Shown: positions 9,453 to 20,418 of the stretch, piece after piece
Position numbering within the stretch: the first letter of the stretch is position 1
Layout of the letters: the number at the start of each line of letters is the position of its first letter
Source of the DNA: Octopus sinensis
Lineage: Eukaryota
Assembly (NCBI RefSeq): GCF_006345805.1
Contig: NW_021836535.1
Coordinates: forward strand, 1-28,363
DNA: 28,363 nt
Direction: 5' to 3'
The notes under the pieces: model-generated
What the model saw: the letters and a program-made list of their open reading frames with translations, nothing else
Told to the model about the DNA's origin: nothing
Databases searched by the model: none
Position numbers and translations under genes: made by a program

Positions 9453-9748
9453 TATATTAACATGACAAAGTTTGGGGATTCTAGAAGTTCAAGTCTTTTA
9501 AATTGAAAGGGCACACCTGTTAGTACGAATGGAATTCTGGGTATAATTGCAAACTTTCTTTTGGTGCAGCAGATAAAATAAGTGGCTTTAATGACATGCA
9601 ACACAGAGTTCTTAATCATTTGTCTTGTGCCATCACAGAGGCTCAGCTGATTTTAATAATGGAGTGGCAGCAGCATTATTGGTGATCCTTTATTTCATTA
9701 ACTAATGTCTGTGAATGTGGTGGTAGGCTTGAAGGTGATAATGAAATG

Positions 9749-9975
9749 TTAACCCTTTGGCGTTCATATTTCTTTGCCAAGGGTAGTGACTGTTTTTTCC
9801 CATTTGGAATTAATCAGGCATTACTTTGTAACTTCAAGATTTCAGTGGTATGTTTGTATATTTTTAGAATGACATTGTAGGGTAAGTGTGAGCAGTTGGA
9901 TCTGGTAAGTTTGAACATAAAACAGGTAGAGAATATTTGGGCTGGAAATGGCCAGATTCAATACCAAAGGATTCA
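9749..9975. mobile_element. piggyBac-like MITE, same family as 3196-3633
   Basis: TTAACCCTTTGGC left end, homologous interior and a decayed right end AAATACCAAAGGATTCA. It splits the Helitron frame between HYPARF and LSPSSLPPH. Confidence 0.78.
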
Positions 9976-10051
9976 AATCTTGCAGGATAGTGAACTATTT
10001 CTTCCTTGTCCCCCAAAATATCTTCTGACTATTTTCTGGAAGTATCTGGAA

Positions 10052-10369
10052 GCACGTAAAAAGCACCATCCGAATCGTGGCCGAAGCCAGTGCCGCCTCG
10101 ACTGGCTTCCGTGCAGGTGGCACGTAAAATGCACCAATCCGACCGTGGCCGATGCCAGCCTTGCCTGGCTCCAGTGCAGGTGGCACGTAAAAAGCACCCA
10201 CTACACTCATGGAGTGGTTGGCGTTAGGAAGGGCATCCAGCTGTAGAAACATTGCCAGATAAGACCGGAGCCTGGTGCAGCCTTCTGGCTTCCCAGATCC
10301 CCGGTCGAACCGTCCAACCCATGCTAGCATGGAGAACGGACGTTAAATGATGATGATGATGATGATGAT
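10052..10369 (+). mobile_element. RTE LINE 3'UTR (5'-truncated) with (GAT)n tail
   Basis: About 90% identical by eye to the reverse complement of 18452-18760, which carries an RTE ORF2 C-terminus. Three GCACGTAAAAAGCACC subrepeats. Confidence 0.88.
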
Positions 10370-11019
10370 CTGTAAAAACTGCCAGTCAATAGTATTGCTC
10401 CAAATGTTCTTTCCAACACAGCTAATTGCGTATTCAATAATAATATTGCAGATTGAGGAACACCTTTGACATCAATTTGTCTGCTGTCTTAACCATTTTT
10501 GGAAGGAAACTGGAATCATAACACCATTACTAGACTCATCAGTACAATAACCCCCTATGTACAATATCCCCCCCACCACAAAGACAACAGATGATGATTT
10601 AAAACTTCTTAATATATTGGAGAGCGGGGCAATTAACCAAAGAGAGTTAATTGTCCTAGGGGATAGTTTTCGACATGGGGGTGTGTGCCCTGGTGAGCCA
10701 ATTGTTCTAGGGGGATAATTGTGCCAATATGTTACTGACAGAAGGAAAATTTTCTCTTCTAAGTAGTAAAAAATTTATAATAAAACTTACCAGACAAGTG
10801 ACCCCCAAAAATACTGGCTCTTGTGTTGGTCAGTATTTTGAAGGTTTTTAACTTCAGTCCAAAGTGATGACAATTTTAAAGAAGCTCGGATTTCATAGGT
10901 ATATATGTATATACATATATATATGTATGTGTATGTGAGTGTATGTATATATGAATGTTTATATACGGATGTGATAGTAGTGATAACAATATCAAAGAAC
11001 AGAATGCTAAGAAACTCAC

Positions 11020-11072
11020 CTTTCAACTCTTTGAGCAAGCTTGGCACATTCCCCCATCACAACCTCTTGTTG
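11020..11072 (-). CDS. insc: Inscuteable exon B (53 nt, phase 0 to 2): QQEVVMGECAKLAQRVE(S)
   Basis: Acceptor ttcttttattcag|CAA and donor AAG|GTGAGT. Aligns with human EIEKLLMEKCSELSAVTER. Phases match both neighbours. Confidence 0.85.
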
Positions 11073-11892
11073 CTGAATAAAAGAATATAGGTAAATATAT
11101 ATATATATATACAAATTGAGATAGGGGTTGTAAATGCAACCCTCTATGGGATAACGTATCCAATATACTGCTAGTGAAGTACCCAACAAAGTTAATACAT
11201 AAATGTTAATGATTGCGATGCAATCAATTCATTTACTGTATTATATGGGCAAAGGTAAAATGATTTATCACAAATTACTAATACAAGATAAGAAAATGGA
11301 GAAATACATCTAAATCAAATATCAATTACCAGATAATACTCAATCACATACTTTATTAAACCACCGCATAAGAGACTGTAGGGTTAAACATAAAAAAAGC
11401 AGAACAAATCAGTGTACATAAAGGAATGTACATAAAAAAGTGTACATAAAAAAGTGTACATAAAAGAGTAATGTTGTATAATAAGTAGAATATATATAAA
11501 AGAGAATATAAATATAGGTAAATATAAATATAAGTATAGATTACATCTTACAGCTGTTTCGGCTATGTATATATATATATATACATATATATATACATAC
11601 ATACACACATGTATATATTACAGACAAGAGACAAGAGAGTAATATTTTGAATGCTGTATCTCTCTGAAAACAACAGAAACACTGGCTGTTTTACCCTTCT
11701 GAGAAGGAAAAAGTTGTCACTAGAAAACCATAGGACTCAAACCCATACCTCTCAGATACCAGCTATATTACATACCAAATATTAGCTGTAAAATACTAAA
11801 CAAATTCGATACTTCCAATTTTTGTTAACTGAATGTAGTTGCATATATTATATACATACGCGTGCACCCACCCACACACACGCATATGTATA

Positions 11893-12451
11893 TCTGCTAT
11901 ATAAAATCTGTTCTGTGTGTGTGTGTGTGTGTGTCTTCTAGGATCTCGGGTATCCTCCATCCGATTGTGCTCAAATTGGATATGTAGATACCAATGGTAT
12001 CAGGGCGTGTATAAGTCTTGAAAAAATTACAAAAATCGATTCCAGGTGAGAATGTGATCGATAAAGCTGTTTTTGTCCTGCTTTTCTCCTGTAAACCTGT
12101 ACATAACTGCACCTTCCATTTTTTGTTGTTTTTGTAATGCTTAAAGGCACGTTTCTTTCCTGCCAAGCTTACTGTTTAAACCATGTTTGTGTTCTCCCAG
12201 TCAACAGCCTTATCATTACTGGTACTTTAAATTCTTCAGTTGCATATTTGTGTGAATAAAATCGTTTTATGTTGGAATAGAAAAGAAGTCTATCTTTATT
12301 TCTTCTTTTGCTGGTGTCTCAAATTTAGGTTAAATCAGTGTTTCTCAAAGGGGAGGCCTATGGGACGGTCGGACAAGTTGTTTTGAGGAAATTTGGCTTA
12401 AATGTTTGACAACTCACAGCACTGTCCATTGGACTGGGGGCATTTTGCTTG
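11893..12451 (+). mobile_element. Probable non-autonomous Helitron (about 559 bp)
   Basis: Starts A|TC, then a (TG)n tract and a CCGATTGTGCTCAAATTGG motif typical of Lep1/DINE-like elements. Ends with a GTCCA-T-TGGAC hairpin about 12 nt before CTTG|T. No TSD. Confidence 0.55.
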
Positions 12452-12588
12452 TATATATATATATATACATTCTATATATATATATATATATATAATATAT
12501 ATATATACTATATTTATACCTATATATGTGTGTGTGTTTGTGTAATATATATATATATATATATCAAATGAAATAAAAAACAGAACAG

Positions 12589-12798
12589 TTATTGCTCACA
12601 GGGGGCTAAACATAGAGGGGACAAAAAAAGGGATTAAGTTGATTACATCGACCCCAGTGTGTAACTGGTACTTATCTATTCAACCTAGAAAGGATGAAAG
12701 GCAAAGTCAACCTTGGCGAAATTTGAACTCAGAATGTAAGAAAAGTGAAATAACCAAGTATTTCAACTGATGAGCTAACGATTCCGCCAGCTCTCCCC

Positions 12799-12800
<2 letters not shown>
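12589..12800 (-). mobile_element. OK-like SINE
   Basis: Reverse-complement match to 748-985, decayed. Confidence 0.85.
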
Positions 12801-12868
<68 letters not shown>

Positions 12869-12885
12869 ATTATATATATATATAG

Positions 12886-12918
<33 letters not shown>

Positions 12919-12953
12919 TATACACACTACATAATATATATATATATATGTAT

Positions 12954-13000
<47 letters not shown>

Positions 13001-13024
13001 ATATATATATTATATATCTATATA

Positions 13025-13060
<36 letters not shown>

Positions 13061-13062
13061 TA

Positions 13063-13122
<60 letters not shown>

Positions 13123-13185
13123 ATATATATATATATGTGTATTTATATATATGTATGTATATATATATATATGTATATATATATG
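12801..13185. repeat. Long (TA)n/(TATG)n microsatellite
   Basis: Direct reading. Other (TA)n runs lie at 7200-7230, 7480-7520, 7840-7950 and 12452-12565. Confidence 0.95.
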
Positions 13186-13645
13186 CACACACATCCTCAT
13201 ACCTACATATGCATGGATACATGTTCATGTTATATACTTTGCAGCAGGTGGTAAGTTTAAGACTTTGAGATTAGCTGATATTGGTTATCACCAAAGTTCA
13301 CAATAACAAAACAAATATGAAAAAAACCCAAAAAAACTCAACTAAAAAAAATTCCTCAAGTTTTTTCCCATGGCACCTTCCTTGATCAAAATATTTGAGA
13401 ATCCTTGATATATCCCAAATTCTCAAATTGTAGGAATTACTAGAATCACCGGAATGGAATGTCACCTGTCACTTTTGGCAGCTGTACAGATTAATTCATC
13501 TCATGAACCACTGTGATTATCAAAAGGTGATGAAGGTTAAAAGTTTTAAATTTGGATGTGAGTCCATATTGGAGAAGGGAGGGAGGGTAGGGTGATTTTT
13601 GCTGTTGTTGTTGTTGTTGATAGTTATCATAATTGTTGTTATTGT

Positions 13646-14008
13646 CGAGGCCCAGTGGTTAGGGCAGCGGACTCGCGGTTTCGATTCCCAGACCGGGCGT
13701 TGGGAGTGTTTATTGAGCGAAAACACCTAAAGCTCCACGAGGCTCCAGCAGGGAATGGTGGTGGTGATCCCTGCTGTACTCTTTCACCACAACTCTCTCT
13801 CACTCTTACTTCCTGTTTCTGTTGTACCTGTATTTCAAAGGGCCGGCCTTGTCACTCTCTGTGTCACGCTGAATATCCCCGAGAACTACGTTAAGGGTAC
13901 ACGTGTCTGTGGAGTGCTCAGCCACTTACACGTTAATTTCACGAGCAGGCTGTTCCGTTGATTCGGATCAACCGGAACCCTCATCGTCGTAACCAACGGA
14001 GTGCTTCC
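13646..14008 (+). mobile_element. OR1-like SINE with a deleted tRNA head
   Basis: 15-bp TSD AATTGTTGTTATTGT at 13631-13645 and 14009-14023. The head lacks 14 nt relative to the 2044 copy, in a region of near-direct CGCGGT repeats. Confidence 0.92.
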
Positions 14009-14051
14009 AATTGTTGTTATTGTAACTGTTAATATTTTTGTGTGCAAGAAA

Positions 14052-14190
14052 GGCAGTGAGTTGGCAGAATTGTTAGCACACTGGGCAAAATGCTTAACAA
14101 TATTTCGTCAGTCCTTGCATTATCTGAGTTCAAATTCCACTGAGGTCAACTTCACATTTCATCCTCTCAGGGTCAATACCAGTTGAACAT
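14052..14190 (+). mobile_element. Decayed partial OK-like SINE (a further head fragment lies at 14452-14520)
   Basis: TGGCAGAATTGTTAGCAC...GAGTTCAAATTCC...GGTCAACTTCACATTTCATCCT. Confidence 0.75.
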
Positions 14191-14618
14191 ATGTGCCTGC
14201 TTTTCCATTGGGAATGCTCTTCTGTGTATATATATGTGACCATGAATGTCATTGTTTTCCCAAATAAATTGCACTTCATGTTTGAAGCTCTGATGAAGCT
14301 ATAAGGTGATACACAAGCCCTCACCTATGGGTGCATTGCATCTTATAGCAGAAACTGCTGTAAGCTAATGAAGTTCATAACATAATTGTTTATCTCTTTG
14401 TTGCCTCAGTTTCTTTACACACACACACACACACACATACATACATATAAAGGCTAACTGGCAGAATCGTTAGCATGCTGGGCAAAATGCTTGGCAGAAT
14501 TTCATCTGTCTTTACATTGTCCATTCACTAATACACACGTACACATAAACATATACCATGTTCATAGTCACAGCCACATGCTCATTCATACACAAACATA
14601 CTCACACATATTTATATA

Positions 14619-15736
14619 CAGGGTGTGTTGAATAAACTGTTGTCTAAATTATGCAAAAATGAAAAATAACGCTGACATCTATATTTACCAAAATTGCATA
14701 AAAATATCTTGAAATACTAAAGAGTAAATTCATTCAATAAAATCGCCATTGGCTTCAACCACGGCCTCCAGACGACTTCAGAATCTCCTGCAACTCTTCT
14801 GGACAATCTCCTTGTTTAAGTTGGTGAATGCTGCCATAATCCTTGCCTTCAGTTCATATTTGGTGTTACAAGGAGTTTTGTTGGTCTCTTGCTCAACTGT
14901 GCCCCACACATAATAAAACAAGGGAGTTACAGTCTGAGGAGTTTGGTGGTCAGATGTTAGGGGTGATGTGGTTGCAGAAATTATCTGACAGCCATGACTG
15001 AGTTCTCCTGTTGGTGTGGCTTGGTGTAGAGTCCTGTTGCCAGACATAGGGTCTTCTAGCAGCCACCTTCTTGACCCAGGGCAGCACTACCTCCTCCAGG
15101 CACTTGATATAGGCCTCTGTGTTGAGACTGAGGCTGTGTAGGAAGATGAATGGAGGCATAACGTTGCCATCACTAGTGATCACCCCAAACGCCATGATGT
15201 AGATTGGATGTTTGATTTCTATCACTCTCAGTACATGTCCTCAGATTGACACCCAAACACTCTGAAATGTTCGCATTGGAGCTTCTGGCATGAATGCCAA
15301 GTAGTAGAGCACATCGTTTCCAAATTTCTGGTAGAGTGAATTGTGTCATGGTACTGTTTTTCTCAGGTGGCGAGCTGGCAGAAACGTTAGCATGATGGGC
15401 GAAATGCTTAGCGGTATTTTGTCTGCGTTACGTTGTGAGTTCAAATTCTGCCGAGGTCGACTTTGCCTTTCATCCTTTCGGGGTCGATAAATTAAGTACC
15501 AGTTACGCACTGGGGTCGATATAATCGACTTAATACCTTTGTCTGTCCTTGTCTGTCCTTGTTTGTCCCCTCTGTATTTAGCCCCTTGTGGGTAATAAAG
15601 AAATAGGTACTGTTTTTCTCACAGATAGTACCCAACTGACCCTACTATACTGTGTAGTTGACAAAATCAAAAACAAGCAATGTACATGTGTGAAACTAAA
15701 AATATAATATGGCGACAATTTACCCATTGCATTCTG
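14619..15736 (-). mobile_element. Internally deleted Tc1/mariner transposon, DD37D (maT-like) type
   Basis: TA|CAGGGTG left end and CATTCTG|TA right end with a decayed TIR match. Reverse complement gives MTQFTLPEIWKR...ISECLGVNLRT, a deletion, then HPIYIMAFGVITSDG...WQQDSTPSHT...ITPNI and YYVWGTVEQETNK...CRRF. Spacing from QQD to the third acidic position fits 37 residues on reconstruction, although that position is decayed here. Confidence 0.88.
15366..15605 (+). mobile_element. OK-like SINE inserted just upstream of the maT transposase ATG
   Basis: Perfect 16-bp TSD GGTACTGTTTTTCTCA at 15350-15365 and 15606-15621. Near-identical to 748-985. Confidence 0.93.
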
Positions 15737-16399
15737 TATATACATTTACACACACACACATGCACACGCACACATACACACACACACACACACGCACAAG
15801 CATGCACATACACACACATACACACATGCAGCACCAGTGTCCCTCAGGCTGCAGAGAACCAGTGCATTCATACATACACATACATATATATATAACATTT
15901 ACTCTTATTTTCCTTCTTCCCAAATTTCTATACCTGCTAATTAATATGGATATGACAGTCTTCGTTAGAGCAAATAATATTTTTTTTTCTCTTTCCATTG
16001 CTTTTTTTCCCTGCTGTTTTTCAACACCTGGAATGACCTATTAACACTGGTGTGACCTTTTAACACCTGAATGACCTTTAAGCAAGGTCAAGGAGTGGAA
16101 GGAAAACCAGTTTCTTAAACTTCATTAAGCTGTGGTAAGCAGAATTTATGTGCTATGACCAGGTAGGTAAAACACAGACGTGAAATGAAAGAGTTTGTTT
16201 TGAAACAACATGATTCCAGGTTCAATTCCACTGTGGTTCCACCTACAAGGGTTTGGCATTGAAGACACGCGCTCAAGGTGTCATGCATTGGGAACAAACC
16301 TGAAAGCACCTTTTTTAATCATATACTCACACCTGTACATATACACACATAGTAATACTTATATCCAATAATTATAAAAATGTAAAGGAAATTAAAGAT

Positions 16400-17171
16400 A
16401 GAGAGAGAGAGAGAGAGAGGTAAGAGAGAGGGAGGGAGACAAGGAGAAAATAGGTAAGGAAGGGTGGAAGAAAGAGGTCAAGAGTGGGTGAGTAAAAGAG
16501 AGAGGTGAGAGAGAGAGAGAGAGCAAGAGAGAATGAGAATAAGTGAAAGGTGGGGTGATAGATAGAGAGCAAGAGTGAGAGAAGGAGGGAAAATGAGAGA
16601 GAACAATTGAGAGAAAGAAGAGAGGGAGAGAGATAATAGATATATAAGAGAGAAGGGGGTGAGTGAGAAAGAGCATAAGAAAAGGAAGAACAGTGACTGA
16701 GAAAGAGAGAAGGGAGGAAGAGAAAGAGAGAGAGAGGGGAGAGAAAGAGAGAGAGGGAGATAGAGAAGGAAAGAGAAAGAGGGAGAGAGGTGAAGAGAGA
16801 GGGAGAGAGAGAGGGGAAGAGAGAGAGGGAGGGAGAGAAAGAGAGGGATAGAGAGAGAGGGAGGGAGAGAAAGAGAGGGATAGAGAGAGAGAGAGAGGGA
16901 TAGAGAGAGAGAGAAAGAGAGAGAGAAGGGAAGAGAGAGAGGGAGGGAGAGAAAGAGAGGGAGAGAGAGAGGGAGGGAGAGAAAGAGAGGGATAGAGAGA
17001 GAGGGAGAGAGAGAGAGAAAGAGAGAGAGAAGGGAAGAGAGAGAAAGAGAGGGAGATAGAGAAGGAAAGAGAAAGAGGGAGAGAGAGAAGGGGAGAGAGG
17101 TGAAGAGAGAGGGAGAGAGAGAAGGGAAGAGACAGAGGAAGGGAGAGAAAGAGAGGGATAGAGAAAAAGAA

Positions 17172-17205
<34 letters not shown>
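16400..17205 (+). repeat. About 800-bp (GA)-rich polypurine tract
   Basis: Direct reading. It is the source of the spurious 314-aa SL-rich ORF. Confidence 0.95.
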
Positions 17206-17206
<1 letters not shown>

Positions 17207-17224
17207 TTGAAGTTTGTCACTAAC

Positions 17225-17348
17225 CTGAACGAAATGAGCTGGTGGTTCACAAATGTGTTTGTTACATTCTTGGATGAGGAATCGGATGTGACAGGTGACA
17301 TCAACTGTAAGGTCACTTAGGAATGGCCAGTTTTCAGTATCAACACAT
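17225..17348 (-). CDS. insc: Inscuteable homolog, internal exon A (124 nt, phase 2 to 0): (R)CVDTENWPFLSDLTVDVTCHIRFLIQECNKHICEPPAHFVQ
   Basis: Acceptor (CCT)n-catgtag|A and donor CAG|GTTAGT. DVTCHIRFLIQEC aligns with recalled human INSC VRLTCHARSMVSEY. The spacing from TCH to the next exon's Cys (33 aa) equals that in human. Confidence 0.85.
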
Positions 17349-17959
17349 CTACATGAGGAGGAGGAGGAGGAGAACGTAGAAGAAGAGTAACAAATGACTA
17401 ATGAGTGATTGATTTATGAATTGAGCAACAATAATCAAAGCTGAATATATTGATTCAAGTTTGGACGTTGATGAAAAGGTTTGATAAAAACAAGACCCTA
17501 GATGTTTTTCAGAAAATAAATGTGGAATAAACCTTTAAAATGCTGTAGGCACATCATGTCACCATATGAGTTTTTTCCCCTCTCAATGTGACACAATGTA
17601 TCCGCAGCTCTAGATTAAAGAAAAAGTGTGCTACAGGTTAAAGAAAAAGAAAAAAAAACCCAAATAAATAATCAATATAGAAGGTATAGATCAAAATCGT
17701 TTATGACATGCATGTGTGTGTGTGTGAGAGAGTTTTGAATGTCTGTCATAACCACATCAATATAATTGTTTTAGTTTAAGCACAAGATTTCAAATGAAAC
17801 AATCAGAAGTGTGAAATTAATAATGTTTTAACATGTACTTATGTAATCATGGCAGTAATTTTCTGAAACACGTGTATGCTTATAAAGCATAAAATACTAT
17901 GTCTTCTCCATTTTATTAATAGCACATTCACAGGAAGACAGACAGATCAATCGGTCAAT

Positions 17960-17960
17960 C

Positions 17961-18000
<40 letters not shown>

Positions 18001-18015
18001 TAGATAGATAGGCAG
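17960..18015 (+). repeat. (TAGA)n tetranucleotide microsatellite
   Basis: Direct reading. Confidence 0.95.
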
Positions 18016-18451
18016 ACAGATAGAGACTGGCAGACAGATGGGTAGATAGATAGGTGTGTATCTGTGTCTAAAGTGGTTTGTGTGAAGAGGAACATTCACT
18101 CATAGAAACAAGCTGAAAAGGAAAGATAAGAGCAAAATGTAATTCTTTGACCTGTCTTGGAAAGAAGGTAATCTGAATAAGGACTGAACTGAATCCTGTT
18201 GCATTGTTGAATCAATGCCACATGGAGAGCAGATGAAATATGGTCATGTGTGTGCGTGTATGTGTGTAAATGTTTACACCAGTGCTCTACAGGAAGAACC
18301 GTTGAGCTACAAATGGTGACGTTTGTTGATATTACCTTATCAGCTATTCATCAGGTAGCTCTGCACTTTCAAAGAGGAAGGTGGAATGACAAATTCCCTG
18401 GTTTGCAAAATAGGTAAGGGTTAGCAATAGGGAAAGGGCATCCAGTTGTAA

Positions 18452-18988
18452 AACATCATCATCATCGTTTAACGTCCGTTCTCCATGCTAGCATGGATTG
18501 GACGGTTCGACTGGGGATCTGGGAAGCCAGAAGGCTGCCCCAGGCTCCAGTCTTATCTGGCAATGTTTCTACAGCTGGATGCCCTTCCTAACGCCAACCA
18601 CTCCGTGAGTGTAGTGGGTGCTTTTTACATGCCACCTGCCAGTGCCAGGCGAGGCTGGCAACGGCCACGGTCGGATTGGTGCATTTTACGTGCCACCGGC
18701 ACGGAAGCCAGTCGAGGCAGTGCTGGCATCGGCCACAAGTCGGATAGTGCTTTTTACGTACCACCAGTCTAGGGGTCCTGGCTGGTTCAATTCGATTTCG
18801 ATTTCACTTGCCCCAACATGTCTTCGCAAGCAAAGGGGGTTGGCATGGGTGCCTGTCGTCGGATGAGGTTCTATATCGACTTCGCTTGCCTCAACAGGTC
18901 TTTGTGTCCAAGGGAGGAAAGGCATGCATAAGTGGGCTGGGCTCACTTGTCCTGCCTGGTCTTCTCACGTACAGCATATTTCCAAAGG
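18452..18988 (-). mobile_element. RTE LINE 3' end: last 14 codons of ORF2, 3'UTR and (GAT)n tail
   Basis: Reverse complement of 18987-18943 reads LWKYAVREKTRQDK*, an RTE ORF2 C-terminus, followed by about 480 nt of UTR ending GGACGTTAAACGATGATGATG. Confidence 0.85.
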
Positions 18989-19433
18989 CAAAACAATACT
19001 ACAGTAATATAGCAAAAACCACGAGAGGTGAGGGTGATGTTTGCTGACGAAGGACAGAGCCAGAACAAGACTGATAGACAGCACCTTTAAGTAGAGGTGC
19101 TGCGGTTGGGGCTGTCATTCAAATATCAGTTTCTATAATTATAGCAGATCTACTCTGCTAACAAGATGGAAGTAAGACTGCCAAGGCACAGATCCAGGGT
19201 CCTGCAAGATTAAAGGATGCTTCTAGTTATCTTAATTACATCATTAATTGCATGATTGCTGTTTTGTAGCTGTTTTTTTTTTATTATTATCTTTCTATTT
19301 CCACGGTAACTATACGTTAGATCAATTGAAGTAAAAACAAATTACAGCCCAAAAAAAGAGATGATATCTATTACTTCACATCACTTTGCTTTCCTCTTTC
19401 TCTTTCTCTTTCATTTCCTGAGACATGTAAACC

Positions 19434-19477
<44 letters not shown>

Positions 19478-19675
19478 CGAGAGAGGGAGAGAGAGAGGAG
19501 AGAGAGAGGAGAGAGAGAGAGGAGAGAGAGAGATGAGATAGATTAATGCGAAATAAAACTCACGCAAATAGGTCTTTAAATTCACAGCCAATAGCATCTG
19601 CTTCTGTCCGGACGAAATCTATGGCATCTAGAAAGAGGAAGTAACAAGGAAAGCAAAATGTACACTGACAGCAAC

Positions 19676-20110
<435 letters not shown>

Positions 20111-20113
20111 GAG

Positions 20114-20304
20114 GCACAGGGCCTCAAAAAGAGGGGGCCGGTTGATTACATCGACCCCAGTGTTCAACTGGTATTTATTTTATTGACCCAGAAAAGGTAA
20201 GAGGCAAAGTTGGCACCAGGTAGAATTTGAATTCAGAATGTAAAGGCAGAAGAAATGTCATTAAGCATATCGTCCACTTTGTCCAGTTTGTCCAGCTTGC
20301 ATCC
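20114..20304 (-). mobile_element. Decayed OK-like SINE
   Basis: GATTACATCGACCCCAGTG...GGCAAAGT...AATTTGAATTCAGAA matches the reverse complement of 748-985. Confidence 0.75.
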
Positions 20305-20418
20305 AAACATGGCCCCAAAAATACACTCCACCCCACACACACACCCAAGGATGGGGTGAAAGAGCAACAGAGAAGATGCATTAGTTTAACACTGAGGTAA
20401 AATGGAAGAGGACTTTAA

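Larger units (their letters stand above)
9160..10575 (-). pseudogene. Helitron RepHel (PIF1-like helicase) relic interrupted by three younger insertions
   Basis: Reverse-complement translation, with stops and frameshifts, gives in order KVFLNLQ, IDWQFLQI, GDKEEIVHYP, LSPSSLPPH, GSPIMLL, LCDGTR, HVIKAT, IIPRIPFVLTGVPFQFKRL, FVMLI and LYVGRS. These are collinear with the Helitron helicase consensus KVFPNI...VNYP.EFLNSL.PSGLPPH...GAPIMLLRNL...LCNGTRL...IPRIP.....PFQFKRLQFP...FAMTI...LYVACSR. Confidence 0.85.

Noticed and set aside
10052-10200. Regularly spaced GCACGTAAAAAGCACC repeats with intervening sequence, superficially CRISPR-like
   Set aside because: The spacers are homologous to each other, the context is a eukaryotic LINE 3'UTR, and there are no cas genes.
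10370-10560. First read as a mariner DDE fragment (TADKLMSKVF resembling SAGKVMASVF)
   Set aside because: The flanking segments give a longer, ordered match to the Helitron helicase.
13238-13256. Plus-strand TTTGCAG-CAGGTG-GTAAGT, resembling a microexon
   Set aside because: It is on the opposite strand to Insc and no other plus-strand exons were found. Such a short match is expected by chance.
14322-14372. Minus-strand donor-like ATAG|GTGAGG (a similar site is CTG|GTAAGT near 10790)
   Set aside because: Exons A, B and C already join collinearly with human INSC, leaving no room for an extra exon, and the peptides show no homology.
15820-15885. Minus-strand peptide MYECTGSLQ resembling the Insc ECMCVLQ motif
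   Set aside because: It lies between exons A and B (wrong order), is embedded in CA repeats and has no splice sites.
16372-17316. 314-aa ORF, and the other long ORFs at 21364-22611, 24060-25740 and 26657-28046
   Set aside because: They are translations of di- and trinucleotide microsatellites, which are stop-free by composition, and they have no domain content.
19030-19100. 14-mer CCTTTAAGTAGAGG and an ANIT peptide shared with exon G
   Set aside because: The two matches are in the opposite order to the exon and do not extend, so this is probably coincidence. The local CAGCACCT/AGGTGCTG hairpin is unremarkable on its own.
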